DNA of 64,000 bases from an uncultured Actinomycetota bacterium (GTDB taxonomy: Bacteria > Actinomycetota > Actinomycetes > Actinomycetales > Microbacteriaceae), in contig CAWCWD010000062.1 in the NCBI GenBank assembly GCA_963799015.1, positions 51 through 64,050 of the forward strand, in the 5' to 3' direction. The stretch's first letter is position 1. The number at the start of each line of letters is the position of its first letter. Below are positions 8,841 through 17,340 of this stretch, piece by piece. A program made the translations under genes and the position numbers. The notes beneath the pieces are model-generated. The model saw only the letters and a list, made by a program, of their open reading frames with translations, was not told the origin of the DNA and ran no database searches.

Positions 8841-10037
8841 CTATGCCGCTTCGATCAGCGGTAGCGCGTCGCCGAGGATCGGCGTGATCGCGGACCGTGC
8901 AGGCCCGAGGTACCGGCTGAGTTCGGGGCGTCCGTAGCGGATCGCCACTGGAGCCGTGCCCTTCGCGGGATACATCTCGAACTCATCCCGCAGCGCTCCG
9001 AGGAAGTGGGCGCCGAGCGCCGGGGCCGCGCCGGCGATGACGATCTCGTGTGGATCAAGGAGCGCCGAGATGATCCGCAGGGCGCGCGAGAGGGCTCGGG
9101 CCCCGAACCCCATACGCTCGCGGGATTCAGCCGTCGACGCGAGCAGGCTGGTGTCGTGATCATCGAGTTCGTCCGTGTACGCGTCGCCGAGCATCGCGCT
9201 CATCGAGGTGGCTGACTCGAGACATCCCGACAAGCCGCATCGGCACGTCGCCCGGGCGCCTTCGAAGACCACCCGAACGTGCCCGATCTCACCGGCTCGG
9301 CCGGTGCCGCCTGACATGAGCACGCCGCCGTTCGTGACGGCTGCACCGACTCCCTCGCCGAGGTGGACCACCAACCGAATCACGCCATCCTCGGCATCGA
9401 CAGCTTCAGTGAGCGCCTCTGCATCGACGTCGTTCACGACGGAGGTCGGCGCGCCGATCGCCTCTTCGAGGATGCTGGCGAGCGGCACGCCATACCAGCC
9501 CAGCTGCACGCTCTCGACGACGACACCGCCGGCCGTGACGCCGGGCACCTGTGCGCAGGCGGCGAGTATTCGTGGTTCGAATCCCTGAGCGAGCTCGCGA
9601 ACTGCATCGACGACCACTGAAACCTCCATGCCATCCGTGACATCCAGTCGGCGGCTCGCGACGGTGCGCCCGGCGAGGTCGACGAGCGCGGTATCGACGG
9701 CGCGCGTGCGCACGACGGCAACCAGGATGAGATGCGCCCTGCTCTCGATCTCGAGGCGCGTCGCACGCTTCCCGCCGGTGCTCTCGGCAGGACCGGTCTC
9801 AGTGACCAAGCCCAGCTCGATGAGTTCCGCGACGAGGGATGATGCCGTCGCCGAGGTGAGGCCCGTCCGCCGGGCGATGACCGCCCGCGTGACCGGGGCA
9901 GGCTCCCGTGCGATCAGGCTGAGTGCCCGGAGAAGGTGCTCACGCCGTATCGCCGCCTGCGCATCGAGCAGACCGGTGCGCGCGAAACGGCGCAGGAGGT
10001 TGGACTTGCGCTGCGCGCTGGCGGTGCTGACTGTCAT
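8841..10037 (-). CDS. ROK-family transcriptional regulator
   Basis: N-terminal HTH; NDVDA, GEGVGAA and GEIGH...CRCGLSGCLE motifs. Confidence 0.92.
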   Translation of the reverse strand: MTVSTASAQRKSNLLRRFARTGLLDAQAAIRREHLLRALSLIAREPAPVTRAVIARRTGLTSATASSLVAELIELGLVTETGPAESTGGKRATRLEIESRAHLILVAVVRTRAVDTALVDLAGRTVASRRLDVTDGMEVSVVVDAVRELAQGFEPRILAACAQVPGVTAGGVVVESVQLGWYGVPLASILEEAIGAPTSVVNDVDAEALTEAVDAEDGVIRLVVHLGEGVGAAVTNGGVLMSGGTGRAGEIGHVRVVFEGARATCRCGLSGCLESATSMSAMLGDAYTDELDDHDTSLLASTAESRERMGFGARALSRALRIISALLDPHEIVIAGAAPALGAHFLGALRDEFEMYPAKGTAPVAIRYGRPELSRYLGPARSAITPILGDALPLIEAA

Positions 10038-10135
10038 CGTGTCCTCAGTCGTGCTCGGCGGTGGCGGATGGCTCTGCTTGCACGAGACATCTTGCCGCTT
10101 GACGCTCGGGCTTGTGATCACTTAGGTTCATGAGT

Positions 10136-10162
10136 ACTTAGTTTACTAAGTCACCAAAGTAA
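10136..10162. promoter_or_regulatory. Putative ROK operator TTAGTTT-N11-AAAGTAA (overlaps palindrome ACTTAGT-TT-ACTAAGT)
   Basis: XylR-like operator architecture in an AT-rich patch between the divergent ROK and GH84 genes. Confidence 0.6.
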
Positions 10163-10334
10163 TTGCTGAAGTCCCCACGCAGCACGTTCGGAGCCCTTGG
10201 TCGAGGTTGTGACCGCCTGATGGGCTGCGCGTGCGTCATGCCCGCCTGCCCTGCGCGATGGCGAACGGGCACGTCCGGCGATTGGATCTTCGGCATCGCG
10301 TAAAGGACAGAGTCGTCGAGATAGTTGGAGGCTA

Positions 10335-12695
10335 ATGATGCAATCAATTCGTAGAACGTTGGCGACGGTGGGAGTCTGCGCCGTCGCCCTTGCCGGGGTA
10401 CTCGCTCCGCTACCAGCGGCTGCAGCCCCTCCGGCGGGCGCGCTGCCCCCGGTGAGTCCAACACCGCAGTCGATGACCCGCGCCGGTGCGGACATCAATG
10501 TTCCGGGGCGCGTCGAGGTCGTCGTCGACGACAGCACCGATGCCGCTGCGCTGGCGGAGCTGCGCGCAACCTTGGGCGCGCATGGTGTCGACCGTATCGA
10601 CGAGCGCGCCAGCGCAACGGGCACCGCCCCGCTCACGATCGAACTGGGTGCGGCTTCGAGGGGCGACATCGATTCCGCACTCGGTGAGACGGACGTGCCG
10701 TCCCATGCCGAGGGCTACGCGGTCCGGGCCGACGCATCCGCAGGACCGCTCGGCACCATCGCGCTCGGCGGTGTCGACCCGGCCGGACAGTTCTATGCCG
10801 TCCAGACCTTGGACCAGCTGTTCGTCCCGACGGACGACGGCGGCTACCGCGTCGCTGGCGCTTCGATCAGCGACTACCCGTCGATGCCGCTGCGCGGAAC
10901 GATCGAGGGATTCTACGGTGAGCCCTGGTCGCACGAGGAACGGCTCGACCAGCTCGAGTTCTACGGCGACGTCAAGGCGAACACGTACATCTACGCGCCG
11001 AAGGACGACCCGTATCACCGGGATCGCTGGCGCGATCCGTACCCTGCAGACAAGCTCGCTGAACTCGGCGATCTCGTGACGACGGCGACGAAGAACCACG
11101 TGCGCTTCACGTTCGCCCTCTCGCCCGGAAACACCGTCTGCTACTCGGGCGAAGCCGACTACCAGGCGCTCGTGACCAAGCTGCAGCAGATGTACGACCT
11201 CGGGGTTCGCGCGTTCAACATCCCCCTCGACGACATCGACTATGGTCGCTGGCACTGCGACGGCGACCGCACGGCGTTCGGCGCACCGAGCGCGCGCACG
11301 GCCGGCATTGCGCAGGCCGCCTTCCTCGACCGGGTCCAGCGGGAGTTCGTCGAGACGCATGACGGCGTCCACCCGCTGCAGATGGTGCCGACGGAGTACT
11401 CGAACACGGCCGACTCGGGCTACAAGACCGCCCTTCGCGGAATGGACGAGGACATAGTCGTCATGTGGACCGGCGTCGGCGTCGTACCGCAGTCGGTGAC
11501 GGTCGCCCAGGCGAAGCAGGCCGCCACGGTCTTCGGCGGCTCGACATTCCTCTGGGACAACTATCCGGTCAACGACTACGGCAACACCGCCGGTCGACTG
11601 CTCATGGCACCGTACGACAAGCGCGAGGCCGGCCTCGGCGAGTACCTCGCGGGCATCGTCTCGAACCCCATGAACCAGGCCGCGGCCAGCAAGATCGCGA
11701 TCTTCGGCGTGGCCGACTTCAGCTGGAACGATGAGGCGTACGACGCCGGCCACAACTGGTCGCAGGCCCTCGAGTACGTTGCGAACGGGGATGCCTCGAC
11801 GGCCGCTGCGCTCCGGGTGTTCGCCGACCTCAACCACCTCGCGCCGAGCTTCGGAGCACCGTGGCAGCCGCAATCGCCTGAGCTGGCTGCTCACATCTCG
11901 GAGTTCTGGGAGCGCTGGGGCGCCGGCGACAAGTCCGGGGCGGTCGCGGACCTCCGCAGCTACGCCCAGTCCATCGCCGACGCACCCGCGACGATCCGCA
12001 CGGGCTCCACGGACCCGGCGTTCGTGTCCGATGCGAGCCCGTGGCTCGACGCGGCGGCCCTGTGGGGTCAGTCGACCGTCGAGCTCCTCGACGCCGTGCA
12101 GGCACGGATCGACGGCGACACCGCGACATCCGACGAGCTCGCGGCCTCCGCGAAGGCCACGGCAGCACAGGCCGCAGCGGTCGTCGTCGACCCGGCGGAC
12201 AACGCGTGGGGCAAGGCCAGGGTGCGGATCGCCGACGGCGTGCTCGACGTCTTCCACGGTCGCATCGGGTTCACGCTCGCCATGTGGGATGCGGGCGACG
12301 TCGTCAATGTCGCTCCGAGCGGCACTGCGACCGCATCGAGCACCGAGGTGTCTCAGTTCGGCGCCAGGAACGTCAACGACGACAACGCGTCGACGCGCTG
12401 GGCGTCCGGGTACAGCGACGACTCCTGGGTGCAGGTGAAGCTCAGCGAGCCGACGGTCGTGCGCGGCATCACGGTCAACTGGGAGGCCGCGTGTGCAGCC
12501 GCCTACGAACTGCAGACGTCGAACGACGGCACGACGTGGACGACGATTCGCACGGTCGACGACTCGACCTGCGCGCTCGACGTCTACACCTTCGCCTCGA
12601 GCGAGCCGGTGCAGTACGTGCGCATGCAGGGCATCGACCGCAAGTCGAACTGGGGTTACTCGATCTGGGAGCTCGGCATCTACGCAGCGAACTGA
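10335..12695 (+). CDS. Secreted GH84 beta-N-acetylglucosaminidase (NagJ/hyaluronidase-like) with C-terminal CBM32 (F5/8)
   Basis: Signal peptide; RGTIEGFYG, YIYAPKDD, catalytic DD (LDDID), WDNYPVND; discoidin 'TRWAS...YSIWEL'. Confidence 0.93.
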   Translation: MMQSIRRTLATVGVCAVALAGVLAPLPAAAAPPAGALPPVSPTPQSMTRAGADINVPGRVEVVVDDSTDAAALAELRATLGAHGVDRIDERASATGTAPLTIELGAASRGDIDSALGETDVPSHAEGYAVRADASAGPLGTIALGGVDPAGQFYAVQTLDQLFVPTDDGGYRVAGASISDYPSMPLRGTIEGFYGEPWSHEERLDQLEFYGDVKANTYIYAPKDDPYHRDRWRDPYPADKLAELGDLVTTATKNHVRFTFALSPGNTVCYSGEADYQALVTKLQQMYDLGVRAFNIPLDDIDYGRWHCDGDRTAFGAPSARTAGIAQAAFLDRVQREFVETHDGVHPLQMVPTEYSNTADSGYKTALRGMDEDIVVMWTGVGVVPQSVTVAQAKQAATVFGGSTFLWDNYPVNDYGNTAGRLLMAPYDKREAGLGEYLAGIVSNPMNQAAASKIAIFGVADFSWNDEAYDAGHNWSQALEYVANGDASTAAALRVFADLNHLAPSFGAPWQPQSPELAAHISEFWERWGAGDKSGAVADLRSYAQSIADAPATIRTGSTDPAFVSDASPWLDAAALWGQSTVELLDAVQARIDGDTATSDELAASAKATAAQAAAVVVDPADNAWGKARVRIADGVLDVFHGRIGFTLAMWDAGDVVNVAPSGTATASSTEVSQFGARNVNDDNASTRWASGYSDDSWVQVKLSEPTVVRGITVNWEAACAAAYELQTSNDGTTWTTIRTVDDSTCALDVYTFASSEPVQYVRMQGIDRKSNWGYSIWELGIYAAN

Positions 12696-12712
12696 TCACC
12701 GACCGAGGTCAA

Positions 12713-12752
12713 CGGGTGTCCTCCCGCTCGCACTGAGCTGGGAGGGCACCCG
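12713..12752 (+). terminator. Hairpin after GH84 gene
   Basis: CGGGTGTCCTCCC...GGGAGGGCACCCG. Confidence 0.6.
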
Positions 12753-12822
12753 CTTCGGTGCGCCTGGTGCTCGAACGCGACCACGCCATTCTCGTCGTCT
12801 GGCGGCAACCTAGACTCGCCAC

Positions 12823-13722
12823 GTGACCCAGCACCCCCGCACCGCGATCACCGGCGGCACCGGATTCGTCGGACGCCATCTGGCCGAACGGCTCGGGCCC
12901 GAGGCATCCGTCGTCATCTCTCGCCGCACCGGCGTCGACACCAGTGACGTCGACGCGCTCACGCGAGCGTTCGAGGGGTGCGAGGTCGTCGCGCACTGCG
13001 CGGGCATCAACCGCGAGATCGGCGACCAGACCTACCAGCGCGTGCACATCGAGGGCACCGCGAACGTGATCGAGGCGGCGAAGCGGGCCGGGGTGCGCAA
13101 GGTCATCATGCTGAGCTTCCTGCGGGCGCGGCCCGACTGCGGATCGCCATACCACGAGTCGAAGTGGGCGGCCGAAGAGCTGATCCGCGACTCGGGCCTC
13201 GACCACACGATCCTCAAGGCCGGCATGATCTACGGCCGCGGCGACCACCTCATCGACCACCTCAGCCACACCGTGCAGACCCTGCCGGTGTTCGCGACCG
13301 TCGGCTTCCGCGAGAAGCCCATCCGGCCCATCCCGATCGACGACCTCACCGACATCCTCGTGGCCGCGATCGACGGGCGGATGCCGCGTGCCACCGTCGC
13401 GGTCGTCGGCGCCGAGCAGCTACTGCTGTCGAAGGCCGTGCGGCGCGTGGCATCCGTCGTCGGCCGTCGCGTGGTCGTGGTGCCGTGGCCGGTGTGGGCG
13501 CAGTACGCGCTCGCGCAGGTGACCGAGTGGACCATGAAGGTGCCGCTCGTCGCGAAGGCCCAGGTGCGCATGCTCGCCGAGGGCGTGACGGATGCCGCGC
13601 CGCCCGCGGCATCCGTGCCCGACGACCTGCTCCCCCGGCGCATGTTCACGGCCGAGCAGATCCGCAGCGCCCTGCCCGAGCCCGGCGGGTTCGGGTGGCG
13701 CGACCTGCGCATCAGCGGCTGA
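12823..13722 (+). CDS. NAD(P)-dependent epimerase/dehydratase (atypical SDR), leaderless
   Basis: ITGGTGFVG Rossmann motif, YHESK; -10 TAGACT 6 nt before GTG. Confidence 0.92.
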   Translation: MTQHPRTAITGGTGFVGRHLAERLGPEASVVISRRTGVDTSDVDALTRAFEGCEVVAHCAGINREIGDQTYQRVHIEGTANVIEAAKRAGVRKVIMLSFLRARPDCGSPYHESKWAAEELIRDSGLDHTILKAGMIYGRGDHLIDHLSHTVQTLPVFATVGFREKPIRPIPIDDLTDILVAAIDGRMPRATVAVVGAEQLLLSKAVRRVASVVGRRVVVVPWPVWAQYALAQVTEWTMKVPLVAKAQVRMLAEGVTDAAPPAASVPDDLLPRRMFTAEQIRSALPEPGGFGWRDLRISG

Positions 13723-13728
13723 AGCCGG

Positions 13729-14373
13729 TCAGACGGCTCCGGGTGATCGCCCGGCGGAGGGCTGCGGCGCGGGGTCCTGCACGAGCTTCATCGACACGAG
13801 CTCGGTGAATCCGACGCGTCGGGCGAAGCGCACCTTCCGACGCTTGTACACCGTGAAGCCGAGCTTGGCGTAGAGGCCGAGGGCGGGTGCGTTGGTGTTC
13901 TTGATGTCCTCGAGCACGTACTCGCGATACTCGGGCAGCGCGAGCAGGTGACGCAGCAACGCGGTCGCGACGCCGCGCCCCTGATAGGCCGGCTCGGTGG
14001 CGACGAACCCGATCTCGGCGAGCCCGGGCCGGGCGCCCTCGGTGGCGCCCATGAACCAGCTCCGGATCACCACGTAGCCGAGCAGCCCGCGCGCCAGCCC
14101 GAGGTGACGCCGGATCTCCCGCCATCGCGGTGCGAACAGCGTCTGGTCGCCCTCGGTGAGCGAGGCGAGGCCGGCGGGCTCCCCGTCGACGAGCGCGATG
14201 TAGAACCGTTCGAGCAGCAGCATGTGCTCGAACGCGTCGGCCAACTTGCCGGTGTCGCGCGAGAACGCGACGAAGTCCTCGGCGAAACTGCGCACGTAGA
14301 CCTCGGTGATGCGGCGCCGGTATCCCTCGCCGAGCGCGTCTCCCCGCTCGACCGCGACCATCGTCTCGACCAT
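13729..14373 (-). CDS. GNAT acetyltransferase
   Basis: VATEPAYQGRGVA; NAPALGLYAKLGF. Confidence 0.85.
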   Translation of the reverse strand: MVETMVAVERGDALGEGYRRRITEVYVRSFAEDFVAFSRDTGKLADAFEHMLLLERFYIALVDGEPAGLASLTEGDQTLFAPRWREIRRHLGLARGLLGYVVIRSWFMGATEGARPGLAEIGFVATEPAYQGRGVATALLRHLLALPEYREYVLEDIKNTNAPALGLYAKLGFTVYKRRKVRFARRVGFTELVSMKLVQDPAPQPSAGRSPGAV

Positions 14374-14471
14374 CCCGTCCACTCCGCTCTTACGCATCCG
14401 TACGCGTTCGACCATATCCACCGGCACGTCCACCGCGACATCCGTCGGCGTCAACGGTGGTAGCCGGCGCC

Positions 14472-14823
14472 CTACGCCCAGCCGAGCTCGCTGGAGCCGA
14501 GCATCGTCGAGCCCGAAGTAGTGACCGATCTCGTGCACGAGCGTGATGCGGACCCGCGAACGCAGCGCGTCGAGGTCGGCGCTGTGCTCCTGCAGGTTGT
14601 TCTTGTACAGCGTGATCCGATCGGGAAGCTCCCCGAAGCCGTAGACCCCGCGCGTGGTCAGCGGATGCCCGCGGTACAGCCCGAAGAGCCGCGGCCGCTC
14701 CCCCCGCGGCTGATTCTCGACCGTGATCGCGACATTCTCGACCCCACGGACCATGTCGTCGGGGAGCGCGTCGAACACCTCGGCGACCATTCGCTCGAAG
14801 TCGTCATCGGAGATCTCGACCAT
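14472..14823 (-). CDS. Zincin-like metallopeptidase (DUF1025); frameshift near 14495 makes it appear fused to the GNAT
   Basis: LFGLYRG...PDRITLY...HEIGHYFGLDD; removing 1 nt gives 'RLSELGWA*'. Confidence 0.85.
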
Positions 14824-14863
14824 GTCCCAATTGTGCGCGCTGCACGTGCAGAAGGCGCGGGCA

Positions 14864-15253
14864 TCACGTCACGGCGAACACCGGCACGACCTCGTCGCGC
14901 TCCCCCGGCCCGCTGGGCACGTACTTCACGCGCACGCGTGCGTTGAGCAGGTCGGCGTCGGGGTCGGCGGAGAGCTCTGCCCACCACCAGGGCCCTTCAT
15001 CGAGCTGCACGATGCCGACGACGGTCCGGGTGGGCCCGTCGGCATCGCGGCCGTGCACCACCGACCACGAAACCACCTGTCCGAAGCCCGAAGCCGGCAC
15101 GCGCTCGTAGCGATCGGGGTCGAGCGAGGCATCCGCTCGCGGGCTGAGGATCTCGCCGGTCGTCGTGTTGCGCACGAGCTGGAACTCGCCGGCGCGGGTG
15201 CCGTCGAAGAACGCGGCGGATGCGGCATCCCGCCGCACTGGGAAGAGAGGCAT
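14864..15253 (-). CDS. DUF35/OB-fold acyl-CoA-binding partner of thiolase-like enzymes
   Basis: ASGFGQVVSWSVVH...VGIVQLDEGP; adjacent to thiolase-fold gene. Confidence 0.8.
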   Translation of the reverse strand: MPLFPVRRDAASAAFFDGTRAGEFQLVRNTTTGEILSPRADASLDPDRYERVPASGFGQVVSWSVVHGRDADGPTRTVVGIVQLDEGPWWWAELSADPDADLLNARVRVKYVPSGPGERDEVVPVFAVT

Positions 15254-15262
15254 GTCGTGCTC

Positions 15263-16459
15263 CTAGACCGTTCCGAGGATGAGCGTGGAGTGGTGGTCGA
15301 GCACGCCGCCGTTGCCCGAGACGAGCACCACGATCGTGGCGCTCGACCTGCCGCTCGCCGCCCTGGCCGCGCGCCTGGATGACGCCCTCCGACAGCGGCG
15401 TCATGCCCCACATGTAGTACGACGACAGCTGCCCGCCGCCGGTGTTGACCTTCAGCGATCCGTCCGGCCCGAGCACGCCGGGCTCCGACGACGAACGCAC
15501 CGCCCTCTCCCTTCTCGCAGAACCCGTAGTCCTCGAGCGTGACCAGCACGGTGAAGGTGTAGCAGTCGTACAGCTCGACCACGTCGATGTCGGCGAGCTG
15601 ATGTCCGCCATCCGCAGCGCCGCAGGTCCCGCCATGGCCGCGCCCGAGACCAGTCCGAAGTCGTCGTTGCGCTCGAACGTGTCGCCCGGGTGCGCCTGCG
15701 CCCACCCGTAGACGCCGACCGCCGGCTGGGCGAGGGATGCCGCGCGCTCGGCGCTCGTGACGATGACCGCGACGCCGCCGTTCGAGACGAGGCAGCAGTC
15801 GAGAGGTGGAACGGCTCCGCGACCCAGCGCGACGCGTGGTAGTCCTCCATGCGTGAGCGGAGTCGCGGAACTGGGCGAGCGGGTTACGCACCGCCCAGTC
15901 GCGCTGCGCAACGGCGATCGCGCCGAGCTGGTCGCTCGTCGTGCCGTACTTCTCCATGTGCCGCCGCGCCGCGAGCGCATAGAGGGTGTTCGCCGAGTAC
16001 AGCCGAGCTCGATGCGTTCAGCCCCGTGCCATCCGCTCGGCATCGACGCCGTCTCGCGGTAGGCGGCACCGGCGCCCTTGTCGGCCTTCAGCGGTCGTCG
16101 GCGAACACGCACGCGATGGTGTCGGCCATCCCGGCCTGCACGGCCATCGCCGCGTACTGCACCATCTGCGCGGCCGTCGATCCGTACCCCTGCATCTGCG
16201 TGAGCAGCTTCAGGTTCGTGAGGCCGAGCTCGCCCTGCAGGCCTAATCCGACCGACGTGTTGATACCGCCGGAAACCAGCAGCCCGTCGATGTCGCCGAG
16301 CGCCAGTCCTGCATCGGATGCCGCGAGCGTGACCGCCTCGGCGGCGAACTGCCCCGCGGTCGTGCCGTAGACCTTGCCGAGCTCGGTGATGCCGAGGCCG
16401 GCGATGGCCGCCTTCGGTCTGCCATTCGTGCCGTTCGAGGCGTTCGTACCGTTCGCCAT
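15263..16459 (-). CDS. Thiolase-family (SCPx/Ltp2-like) protein, several apparent frameshifts
   Basis: AAIAGLG, DCCLVSNGG, ELYDCYT and NTGGGQLS distributed over adjacent frames. Confidence 0.82.
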
Positions 16460-16461
16460 GC

Positions 16462-17304
16462 TCACTTGCCCTCCCAGCGCGGTGCGCGCTTCTCGGCGAA
16501 GGCGAGCATGCCCTCCTGCGCGTCGGCGCTGCGCATGAGGCGCTCGCCCTCCACGCCGGTGCGCTCCCAGTCGGATGCCTCGGCGACGATGTCGCCGTCG
16601 GTGATGCCCCGCGCGATCCGCTTGCTCACCTGCACGGCGAGCGGCGCGTTCTCGCAGATCGTCGTGGCGAGCGCGAGCGCCTCGTCGATCAGGCCCTCGA
16701 GCGGCACGACACGGTTCACGAGCCCGAGCTCGTGCGCTCGCTGCGCGGTGATCGGCTGCCCGGTGAGGATCGCCTCCATGGCGACCTTCTCGGGGATCTG
16801 CCGGGGCAGGCGGAAGGTGCCGCCGGCTCCGGCGAAGATGCCGCGCTTCACCTCGGGCAGTCCGAACGTCGCCGTGTCGGCGGCGACGGCGAGGTCGCTC
16901 GCGAGCACGATCTCGGTGCCACCGCCGAGCGCGAAGCCGTTCACGGCGGCGATCGTTGGCTTGGAGATGAAGTGGCGCACGTAGCCGGCGAAGCCCCAGC
17001 GAGCGAGGCGCTCGTCGCCGGTGCCGTTGAGGCGCCCGGCCGCGGCCTCCTTGAGGTCGGCGCCCGCACAGAACGCCTTGTCGCCGGCTCCGGTGATGAT
17101 CACCACCCACACGGAGGAGTCCGCCTCGGCCGCGTCGAGCGCCTCGCCGACCCCGATGGAGAGGTCGAGCGAGACGGCGTTGCGCGCCTCGGGGCGGTTG
17201 AGGGTGACGATCATCACCTGGTCTCGTCGTTCGACGAGCACGGTGCCGTTGCCGAAGGTCTCGACCTGGGCTGCTTCCGTCATCTCGTCAGTCTGCATGG
17301 TCAC
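16462..17304 (-). CDS. Enoyl-CoA hydratase/crotonase
   Basis: AFCAGADLK, NGFALGGGTE, FGLPEVKRG. Confidence 0.93.
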   Translation of the reverse strand: MTMQTDEMTEAAQVETFGNGTVLVERRDQVMIVTLNRPEARNAVSLDLSIGVGEALDAAEADSSVWVVIITGAGDKAFCAGADLKEAAAGRLNGTGDERLARWGFAGYVRHFISKPTIAAVNGFALGGGTEIVLASDLAVAADTATFGLPEVKRGIFAGAGGTFRLPRQIPEKVAMEAILTGQPITAQRAHELGLVNRVVPLEGLIDEALALATTICENAPLAVQVSKRIARGITDGDIVAEASDWERTGVEGERLMRSADAQEGMLAFAEKRAPRWEGK

Positions 17305-17340
17305 GAGCTGGTTCCTTTCCTATGCGTTCTGCTGGGGCTC

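Noticed and set aside
13729-14823. Apparent zincin-GNAT fusion (364-aa ORF)
   Set aside because: One extra base near 14495 hides the normal zincin end (LSELGWA*); the linker is not protein-like.
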